Source: Trypanosoma brucei (lineage: Eukaryota). Taken from it: a stretch of DNA of 64,000 nt. Shown here piece by piece: positions 1 to 8,700 of the stretch (its first letter is position 1; every line of letters begins with the position of its first letter). Both the position numbers and the translations under genes were made by a program. The stretch spans positions 320,001 through 384,000 of the forward strand of contig CM000208.1 of NCBI GenBank assembly GCA_000002445.1, read 5' to 3'. The notes below the pieces were generated by a model. That model saw only the letters and a list, made by a program, of their open reading frames with translations, was not told the origin of the DNA and made no database searches.

Positions 1-1617
1 GTTTATGCCGGAAAACCCCCTCGCATACTCGTCGTACAACGGCCACTTAAGGATATTCGTCGGTCGCAATCGCCCCTGTGGAGGATCGGGTTGTAGTTGC
101 ACAAGCGCCTCGCTGTCACTATCATCACTGTCAGTGAAAGCTAAGCAACAGTCATCATTAGCACTCACCACACCAGCCTTCGCTTGCTGGGAATAGAAAA
201 TACGTGCAAAGCAAACATGGCGGTTTATTGGAATGGCGCTCTTGCGCAACCTATCCATCAACTTCCTGGCCTTAGCCCTTGCAATTATCGAGGTCGAAAT
301 TTCGTCAAGAAGCCTCGGTTTCATATAACGGGGAACAGGTTGAGCTTTGCGTCCCACTTCCGACAATGTAGAATTGGTCCCAGTGTAAGGTGCTTCGGCA
401 AGGCTTTTATCGCCGCTGAACGTAATCTCACTAATAGAAGGGTAAGATGCTTCTCCACCCACGGGGGAAGGTGACCCGGAGACGCAAGCTGAACGTCCCA
501 CATCTCTTCTGTGTTGCACTCGCTCTTGCGGCAACGAAGAGATTGTGATCGAAGCTTTGTCACGGACTGCATCCGAGACTGTCGATACTTGATTCTCGTA
601 TTGGGATTCCAGTTTCTCCAACGCATAAGCAATAGTTAAAGGATTACGAAAGTATTCAACGACTTCGGCATTAAAAACCCTCTCCAATGCCTCTGGAACC
701 AACGCAGCTAGGACGATACAGACTGCAGGGGGCTCACGTGTTGGTGGGAAGCTCCCCTGTACTTTCGCCGATGTGAAACCTCGTAGCTCCTTCGTCAACA
801 AAGCAAAAAAATCCGGAAGAGCAAGACAAAAGTTGATTCCCCCCGGTTTGTCAGTGCTCGGTTGAATGATGCAGACGGACTTCATCGAAGATATGGCGTT
901 CAAAACAATACGTTTTGGGGGTAATACAGGCTGATGAGCCTCGCAAGTCTGACTAAAGTCTTTCATAAACAGCGTTAATCCCAAGCCCCCTTGTTCAGAA
1001 GCCCCGCAGGCGACAAAAAGGGATATCAGCGCCGCGTTCAGATGCTCGCCTCCGGTAAACCACTGCTCGCATCTCTCCCTGACACGACACCTACTCCTTT
1101 CCACTCTACCAGGAGCGAAGGAGAACGAATTACGTTCTGGTTTAGCCTGCTCCGCGCGCGGAAGCCCAGTTTGGAACGGTGGTGCTGACAATCTCCCTTT
1201 GCGTGTGTATTTTTCCGCATCACTACGCGCACTGGCACATGTGCCTGTAACGCTAGAGCATCTTTGGGACTGTCTAACCGAACAACTCGCACTTTTTGGC
1301 CGTACTGGAGGGTACTCCTTCGAATGCCCATGTCGTGTACATGTTAACACCAATGACCTAGCACCATTCGTGTAAACGGGTTCTGATGCTGCGCTGGAAA
1401 GTTTCCTTTCGGGCCGCATCTTTTCTAAGCGTCTTATAATAGCGGCACGCCTAACACAACTGTCTTCATAAATAGTCACCGAAGTTCCCCTTCGGAGTGA
1501 ATGAGGCCTCAAATTTGTTGGTTCAGTCACACTACGAGCTCTGAGCGTCCTTTCTCCAGCATCGTTGCGGCTACTGGTACAAAGACATGAGCGACTGGCC
1601 TCCGAAATGGATGTCAT
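1..1617 (-). CDS. Hypothetical protein, partial. Start codon at 1617-1615. The reading frame stays open to position 1, so the C-terminus lies beyond the window. It is Ser/Arg-rich at the N-terminus and has an acidic Ser/Asp-rich tail.
   Basis: Manual reverse-complement translation of 1617->1 in 60-nt blocks gives about 539 codons with no stop. A TAG lies in frame immediately upstream of the first ATG. It is missing from the ORF track, presumably because no stop codon falls inside the window. No recognisable family motif; GGLG-containing segment is not a convincing GHMP signature. Confidence 0.45.
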   Translation of the reverse strand, partial: MTSISEASRSCLCTSSRNDAGERTLRARSVTEPTNLRPHSLRRGTSVTIYEDSCVRRAAIIRRLEKMRPERKLSSAASEPVYTNGARSLVLTCTRHGHSKEYPPVRPKSASCSVRQSQRCSSVTGTCASARSDAEKYTRKGRLSAPPFQTGLPRAEQAKPERNSFSFAPGRVERSRCRVRERCEQWFTGGEHLNAALISLFVACGASEQGGLGLTLFMKDFSQTCEAHQPVLPPKRIVLNAISSMKSVCIIQPSTDKPGGINFCLALPDFFALLTKELRGFTSAKVQGSFPPTREPPAVCIVLAALVPEALERVFNAEVVEYFRNPLTIAYALEKLESQYENQVSTVSDAVRDKASITISSLPQERVQHRRDVGRSACVSGSPSPVGGEASYPSISEITFSGDKSLAEAPYTGTNSTLSEVGRKAQPVPRYMKPRLLDEISTSIIARAKARKLMDRLRKSAIPINRHVCFARIFYSQQAKAGVVSANDDCCLAFTDSDDSDSEALVQLQPDPPQGRLRPTNILKWPLYDEYARGFSGIN

Positions 1618-2039
1618 GCTCGAGCCCCGAAGGTTCGTATGGCTCCTTCGCGAGCGCAAGTCCCTTCCTTCAACTACTGCGCTAAGTGGAGTGGCTTCCG
1701 TACATCCTCTACTGTGGGAAGCCATCCACTGGTAGTCGACGAAAAGAAAAAAGAGAAAAAAAAGGTTGACCTGAGAATACTAATAGACAGCAGTGATTCA
1801 TACGAGCATGTGTGGGTTGCAGCAGTAACCAAATTCAAAAGGAGTACGGTGAGGAAAAAGAAGGCTGACTCCAAAATTAATTTTCTCTGTAATGAGGTAC
1901 CAAAGGTCGGTGAAACGGTAGCGCCGATTTCCCCCCTCTGAAGGCCTGAGCTGCTTTCCTTACAACCCGTGTCAACGAGAGTGGATAAGCAGTCACACAT
2001 GGACACACACAAAAAAGAAAAATGAATTTGTCCCCCTTT

Positions 2040-3077
2040 CTACGTCCTTCCTGTCATAAAGGTGCGCAAATCCACTCGACCCTCCAAATTTTCGAGTTCG
2101 TCTTGTTGTTCGGGAGCTTTTTCGACAAAAACAAATTCTTTTCGGAGTGATGACCCAGAGCGGTCTTTCGAGCAATCCTTTGAACAGACGAAGACCGTTA
2201 CCGTACCCCAATCGACACCTTCGTCTCCCGACGGTGACCCCGAAGCTATATAGTCTCGAACACGAAGATAGTACACACTAGTTGGCATTATCTGCAGTTC
2301 GTGAATTAGAGCGGCCCCACAATCTCTACACGGTGGTATCCGGATGATTTCCTTAACCCTACTCGGTCGCATAAAGAGAGGTGGCGCAACTGCTGACACT
2401 AAGGTAACTCCACAAGATTCCGTGGGGAACCGTTCATAATAACGGATAACCTGACTTGGCTCTCTCGCCACCCTCCTCCGGAATTTATCAAATTCGTAAT
2501 CAGCAGGTTTGTCCTTTAGATCAATTGTTTGTTCCAATTCCTTTATGTCATTTTCGGTTATATCCGGGTTCTTAGCGTTCTCTTGGGCTGCACGGATCAT
2601 CTCTGCTTCAAGATCTGTCGGGACTACAATTTCTTTTCTTGGTTCGCTATCAATAGCCACATAGCACGGAGGAAATGTACTGGGGGGTAACTCCGATGCC
2701 ATAACAGGATCCGAGCGCGCAGCTTCCTCCGACTGGATATCGTCGAGCGCCTCTTCATCCATGTTCTCCGCCTGTAGAGTGAACGCGCACCAACTGCTTG
2801 AAGGCTGACGAGAGCATGCATCAGAGTTACAACAAAACACGTATATCATTCGGTGATGTCCAGCAGAAGATTGAGGCAAAGGGCTGAAGGCCTGGAGGAC
2901 GAGGAACATGTGACGCCCACATACACCACAAGTGGTCCACTCGCGTATTGTCATCAGTTGAGATTCAGAAAGTGAAGGTCGATATGTCGGGGAACCACCT
3001 ATTTTCGTTTCTGAAGTAAGTTTATTCCTCTCCAGAGGCATGTAGCCATCAAAAACACCAAGCAATACCTCTCGCAT
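2040..3077 (-). CDS. PDCD2/TSR4-like protein (programmed cell death protein 2 C-terminal domain family)
   Basis: 345-aa ORF. The N-terminal KIGGSPTY motif and the C-terminal CRDCGAALIHELQIMPTSVYY and TVFVCSKDCS cysteine pairs resemble PDCD2 N- and C-domains. This is family-level recognition only. Confidence 0.5.
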   Translation of the reverse strand: MREVLLGVFDGYMPLERNKLTSETKIGGSPTYRPSLSESQLMTIREWTTCGVCGRHMFLVLQAFSPLPQSSAGHHRMIYVFCCNSDACSRQPSSSWCAFTLQAENMDEEALDDIQSEEAARSDPVMASELPPSTFPPCYVAIDSEPRKEIVVPTDLEAEMIRAAQENAKNPDITENDIKELEQTIDLKDKPADYEFDKFRRRVAREPSQVIRYYERFPTESCGVTLVSAVAPPLFMRPSRVKEIIRIPPCRDCGAALIHELQIMPTSVYYLRVRDYIASGSPSGDEGVDWGTVTVFVCSKDCSKDRSGSSLRKEFVFVEKAPEQQDELENLEGRVDLRTFMTGRT

Positions 3078-3209
3078 ACCGCTTCACAAGAGCCTAACGA
3101 CGCTACCAGTGGAGATATATGAGGGGCAAGGGAAAACAAACACGGAAAATATTACACTACCACTATCCAGTTTAAAAAAGAAAAAAATCATTAGGTAAAA
3201 CGGGGAATG

Positions 3210-3240
3210 TTACGGTTTTTTTTTTAGAAAAAAACCGTAA
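3210..3240. repeat. Perfect 13-bp inverted repeat (hairpin) in the intergenic/UTR region
   Basis: ttacggttttttt ttt ag aaaaaaaccgtaa. Confidence 0.7.
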
Positions 3241-3645
3241 TACAGATCGATGACTGTAATTCTTCCATCCAGTGCCAACGAAAATACAAGCACGTGATTC
3301 ACTTTTTTCTTCCCTTCGTTTTTCGTACCTGATACCTCTTACAACGACAAACTGTTAAGAAAAACAGTAGGGGGCACAAATATGACACTAACAACAACGA
3401 TACCTCTGGAGGAGATTAGTCCCGTACGGGGGAGAGGGCGGAAGAACCACAGAAGACCATGTAACCATCCGACAATTACAAAATCAAACTGTAGCAAAAA
3501 GTGGTAGAAGCACATTGTAAGACATAATACCACGGAAATATATATTGACGGCAAAAAAATTATAAATCGAAGACAAATTTGCTAAATATCCGAAAATGTA
3601 GCTTACCGACACATACATTCGTCATAAACAAGATAAGATAGGTAA

Positions 3646-5727
3646 TCACACTGACCCCAGCTCTTCCGCCCACTTTTCAAACTGTTTGATTGAGCTCTGT
3701 GAAACAGAAGGTTGGATTTTCTTCAGAGCATCCTCAAAGTCATTCATTGTAACTGGGGAAACAATCATCTTGCCTCCCTCCTTCATCGCAGCGATCTCTG
3801 CCGGTGATCTGTCCGCGATTAACCTTCGCATTGGCATCATTGCGGCGTCACGAACAACTAGGTTCATGTCTGCGCCGCTAAATCCTTCCGTTCTTTTATC
3901 GGATATCTCCTCCAGATCAACAGAGGGGTCCAAAGACAAAGTAGCTGTTTGTTTCTTGAGTAAACTCAGTCGTCCAGCTTTATCCGGAAGAGGTATATAA
4001 ATGCGCTTTTCCAGCCTGCGGCGCATGGCCTCATCCAAATCCCATGGACGATTTGTAGTTGCGAGAACCAGCACGCGTTTATCATTTTCAGTGCACAATC
4101 CATCAAATTGCTGAAGCATCTCACTCTTAATACGTCGGCTCGCTTCATGTTCGTTTCCACCTCGAGCAGACATTAAAGCGTCAACTTCATCAAAAAATAT
4201 TGTTGATGGTGCGTAATGGCGCGCAAGATGGAACAGTGACCGCACAATCTTCTCGCTCTCGCCAAAATACTTGCTAATAAGGGACGAGGCGCTGATGTTG
4301 AAGAAGGTCGTTTTGGCGCTTGTAGCCACAGCTCGAGCAAGCATCGTTTTCCCTGTCCCAGGAGGACCAAACAATAGGACACCCTTCCAAGGTTGCACAA
4401 CCCCAGTGAAGAGCTCCGGTACCAACAGTGGTAATATTATGGCTTCCTTCAGTAAACGCTTAGCTTCGGGGATGCCGGCTATGTCATCCCACTCGACGTT
4501 GGGAGACCGTTCAATTATCTCTGCTTCAATGCGTTCAAGTAATTCAGGAGCAATACCTGGAGGAGCACAGGGTGCAACTGAGTTCAACACCTTATCTTTT
4601 GGTACTGCCTTATCAACCACTTTCCCCTTACGATTAGAAACCTTGTCAGGAAACGCTGCCTTTCCACTGGAGCAAAGGGGCTCCTCTTCCACTATTGGGA
4701 TACCCTTCTTGTTTGTGTCACTCTTCTTGGGAGACAAAGTAAACGGTGGTGGCCTACCGTACAGTTTGTTTGCCGGGGGTTTGTGTCCTTCTACTACGGC
4801 AACCTCTCTCACCGATATCTTTCCACCCGTCGCAAGAAGTATGGGAAGCGATTCACCCAACCGAACTCCAGGAGCGTGGAGGGTTGGGCAGACAACCTCA
4901 CCGTTGATTGATAAACTAAAATGCTCAGATGATACCAGCAACGTTATGGTTACGCGCTCTCTGATCAACCGGAGGGTCTTCATGGGTTCCAATAGTTCAA
5001 GTCGCTCAAACGTGTCTTGCTCCGTCATTCGCCACTTTTCCACCGAAAGAAAAATACCACCAGAGGAATCATAATGGACCAAAGCCACACAAAACCCCTG
5101 TCTCTCGTCTCCCGCCCTGGGAGTTATTCCCATACCAAACATTGCATACCGTCCTTGACTTACCAAGCTTTGGATTTGCGCAGTAAAGCAAGCGATGTTT
5201 TTGCCCTGTGGAAGAGGCGCTACCGTTCGAAGCGCCAACAGATCATTGCAGTGAATTTTCGTGTTCTGAGCATAGTGGACTTCTTCACATATAAAAAGTA
5301 TGTTCGATCCCATTGCATTTTGCCTCTGAATGCGGCCACCTGAGCACATCAAAGTCCATCCAGGTACACGATCGCTGGGTTGTTGGAGACGCACCGGCAT
5401 ATTCGGAATACAAGATTCTTCGTCCAGCGGGTTTACCCAAGGGGGTCGGTCCGTGTAGTCGCCAAACTGAGAAAATGTCCAACCAGTGGTGCTCCTGACT
5501 TGTTGGGACCGTGGTACTGTGGGCATGATACCCTCACGCAACAGGGCATTGCGCTTACCGTTGCGGGGAAAACTTCGAACCGTTCCATGACTTGGAGCAT
5601 TTCTAGAAAATCGGTTAAACGCATCTTGGGTCCGTTTGCTTTGAAGAGAGGAGTAAATTGCCTTTTGAAGCCCCACGTCGTCGTCCATTGGTAAAAACCC
5701 TTTGCAGCCGCAGTTTATCAGCACCAC
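3646..5727 (-). CDS. Meiotic-clade AAA ATPase (katanin p60 / spastin / fidgetin-like microtubule-severing family)
   Basis: 693-aa ORF with Walker A GPPGTGKT. It also has Walker B IFFDEVDAL, sensor ATTNRPWDLDEAMRRR and a Vps4_C-like tail. The long N-terminal region is non-catalytic. Confidence 0.8.
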   Translation of the reverse strand: MVLINCGCKGFLPMDDDVGLQKAIYSSLQSKRTQDAFNRFSRNAPSHGTVRSFPRNGKRNALLREGIMPTVPRSQQVRSTTGWTFSQFGDYTDRPPWVNPLDEESCIPNMPVRLQQPSDRVPGWTLMCSGGRIQRQNAMGSNILFICEEVHYAQNTKIHCNDLLALRTVAPLPQGKNIACFTAQIQSLVSQGRYAMFGMGITPRAGDERQGFCVALVHYDSSGGIFLSVEKWRMTEQDTFERLELLEPMKTLRLIRERVTITLLVSSEHFSLSINGEVVCPTLHAPGVRLGESLPILLATGGKISVREVAVVEGHKPPANKLYGRPPPFTLSPKKSDTNKKGIPIVEEEPLCSSGKAAFPDKVSNRKGKVVDKAVPKDKVLNSVAPCAPPGIAPELLERIEAEIIERSPNVEWDDIAGIPEAKRLLKEAIILPLLVPELFTGVVQPWKGVLLFGPPGTGKTMLARAVATSAKTTFFNISASSLISKYFGESEKIVRSLFHLARHYAPSTIFFDEVDALMSARGGNEHEASRRIKSEMLQQFDGLCTENDKRVLVLATTNRPWDLDEAMRRRLEKRIYIPLPDKAGRLSLLKKQTATLSLDPSVDLEEISDKRTEGFSGADMNLVVRDAAMMPMRRLIADRSPAEIAAMKEGGKMIVSPVTMNDFEDALKKIQPSVSQSSIKQFEKWAEELGSV

Positions 5728-5869
5728 AATAACAAACTTTTCGTGGGCAAAAGCAATCAGATTGCCGTAACTCTACGGGCGCTTTATGTATATATATACT
5801 ACAGTTCTCCCTTTACAAGTTACCAAAATGCAGATAAAGCAAATGGAACTCTTTAAAACTGGAATAACA

Positions 5870-6075
5870 AACTAACAATAAATAACTGCCTTCCCTCCTG
5901 AATCGGCAAAAAACAATTCGAAGGACTGGGGACAAGACAAAGTGAGCAACCAATACGTTCCAAAATAACAATAATTAAAGTAGTTCAAAAATAAAGTTAG
6001 AGAACAAACTGTAAACAATAAGTAGATGCACGTTCCCTCAATCAAGAAAAAAGGAAAACAATGCACAGTAACGTT
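5870..6075 (-). promoter_or_regulatory. Polypyrimidine-rich tract on the transcribed (minus) strand upstream of the AAA ATPase gene. Candidate spliced-leader acceptor and upstream polyadenylation signal region.
   Basis: The plus strand is A/G-rich here, so the minus strand is T/C-rich. This is the arrangement kinetoplastid trans-splicing uses. Confidence 0.35.
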
Positions 6076-7299
6076 AGAAAATAAACAATTCCTCCCTGTG
6101 TCACGAAACTGACCTGCATGGGTAAATCATTACATAGAGGTAACTACTTATTGGACCCGTCCCACTACGTAGTTATGCTGGAGAGGAAAGGATTGGGGCT
6201 CCGATCTCGGGAAACGGCACGTGCTCTATACATCTCTTCCTCCAAATAGATAGAAGTTAATAGAACATGCAAGCAGACAGCAGATGAGCGGAGAACTCAA
6301 AAGAAACTTCAAGCTAAATTGGATACTCGTACAATTTTGCAGCAGAAAACAAAATCCATTGATGTCAAAAAAAAAGCGACTGGAAAATGCTGTAGAGGCA
6401 ACCAACAACTGGCGGTGCTAACAATGAAAACGCCATCCCACATCAAAACATCAGACATCAGCCATATGCTAGAGCGATGAAAAAAGTGAAGACCTATATG
6501 ACCTCAACCCGAGGTATTGAATGAAAACTGTTGTCCGCAGCAGCCGCAACACACAATAAGGGTTTCCCACAAACAAACCCCATGAGACATAATATCTGCA
6601 ACATCAAGACAAAAGAAAAATCGTTCAAACAGCAATTTGAAAACAACGTAGTGAACGCGGGTGAAGGTACTCGTTAATGCGCATAGGGCATGCTGCGGTT
6701 CGATTTTTGAACACAAGCGGGTATAGCCATTCTCAGCCGCCACCACTTGGAGAGGCAAACACTCACGTCCGCAACGAAATCGTCCAACTAACAAGGACTG
6801 TACCTTAAACTGACGATGCCTTCGGCTACGGCAGTGGGGTTGCTGTGAGCACAGTAATCGTTGTTCCCTGCTCGGCAATAGAACCAGCTGATGTCCCCCG
6901 TAACACATTTAGAGTTGCATCGGAAAGAGCGCAGTGCAAAGCCACCGAGGGCTACATGTGAGACCTCCCGCTTCACAAATATCATAGTAATACATGCAGA
7001 AATAGCCATCAGCACCGTCGGTGACGATCAACAACAAGCGGTCTCCGACCTCTTCTCTCCGCACCTTTACGCCGAACATCACTATCGCAGAGATTGTCGG
7101 AGAACACTCTCGAGGTGCTGACCAGAACCACGGCAAACCAAAAAAGTTTCCGTTCATAAAACCCGACCCCTACCCTGCGACCATGATGAACAGTGGGCCC
7201 ATTCACAGCACGTCAGCATTGCACCTAGTTTATAAACACTGATCGCACTTTGAGGACCCTGGGCGACTACACCAAGTTACTTACAACGGCCAATCACAA

Positions 7300-8700
7300 C
7301 AATGTGGAAAGGGACCAGGCATCCGTTAAAAGCGTCTATCCCATCCAACTGTTGGTCACCTCTCGTGACGCCGACGGCGCGGCCCGTCAAGGCGGTGAGA
7401 ACGGTACGGCGTAAGAGGGTGAGCCCCCGTCAAAAAGGAAAACCAAAACCGCCACCAACGCCGCAAAGCCAGATGCAGCGCGGCCCCACGACAAACAATG
7501 CTTCGACCCTTCCCAAATCAAGCCCCGGATATACGAATTTGGGATAACCGGTGGCCGAACGCATACCAAGAGAACCGGGCCGCCCCGTCGACGGGGCGGC
7601 CATCGCGTGGACCCACCCGGCCTCGCACGAAGAAACCGGTTACAACCGGGGGGAGCGGAAGAGTTGATGAGTCAGATCCCGGGGAGTAAGGACGGCGTTC
7701 GTTCCTTTCGGTGGCCGTAACGCCTGGGGTGAAGGCTGTGCTCTGCCTTGTGAAGCAGCAGGGGGCTCGGCAGCCCCTGCGCTTCAGGGAGGCGTTCCTC
7801 TTCGCAGAGGATGCGGTAGTGCACAAGATTCGCGAGGAGCGTAGCTTTCCCCGCACAGGAGCGCCGTGTTCGCCGAAATAGGGCACCCAGCTCGCAAAAG
7901 TGTCCGAACTTTTTTCCAACCGCTCACCCCCCACCCTTAATCCAGGGCTTTCTGGGGGGTGTGGCAACCTCTGCTGTCCAGGAAGGTGACCGAAACATAG
8001 GAGGGAAAGCGCCACCGGGGTGCGTCCGCGAAGGTAATCAGAAGTGTACCTGAAAAATGTGAGGGGGACAAGGGGAAGTCTTGGCCCTTTCGATCCACGC
8101 TTTCTCCGGGAGCGCCGCGAATAGGTGTGTTGTCACTTTCGCGCCACTTCAAGGCCGCCTGAGGCCGGCGGGACCGCCGAGAGCTTTTAAACCGCCTCCG
8201 AGCTCTACTAGGGGGGGGGGGGTGGGCTGACGGTGAGATCGTGGTGCGGGTCGTATATGCCTGTCTTTCTCCCTGAGGAACGCGCTGTGGAGTGTTAACG
8301 AAGGAAATAGGAATACCTCTGTCGCGTATGTGATTGGTATGAAAGGCGGTGGCGAGAACAGCGGGATGAGATGTCATAACAGCTCCTTTCCGCTTCGGAA
8401 ATGCTTTGCTTTTGTCAGTGCTCAACTCCGATACCGCACCCGAGTAATGGCCTTCTCCCCCTTGTAGGGCGGCAAACGCCCAGCTACAGCGCAAGCACTG
8501 AGTACCCTCCCAAAGTACACTCGATCGTACGCCGCTTTCAACTACTTCAAAGGACGGAGGAAGCAGCCCAACCGTTAAGAATACCCCTCAGACCACCACA
8601 TCTGCGCGGTCAGCGACGGGCGGTACACAGATGAAACCGCTATTAGAGTCGGACCAAGCTAAGGGTGCCAAACCATCACGGTGTCAGAGTACCGGCATTG
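7300..8700. other. GC-rich island with no coding signal, inside a 6.7-kb ORF-free interval. It contains a G12 run at 8211-8222.
   Basis: Visibly higher G+C than the flanks. Only short ORFs overlapping in shifting frames on both strands. Confidence 0.4.

Noticed and set aside
5-632. Short ORFs at the left edge (5-196 +, 184-474 +, 321-632 -)
   Set aside because: All are superseded by the single continuous minus-strand reading frame 1617->1 that spans them without a stop.
4271-5074. 267-aa plus-strand ORF. Similar long plus-strand ORFs are at 51323-52396 (357 aa), 26035-26553 and 27184-27708.
   Set aside because: Each lies entirely within a well-supported minus-strand gene (AAA ATPase, MetAP2, HEAT-repeat protein) and is low-complexity. 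These are typical antisense open frames in GC-rich coding sequence.
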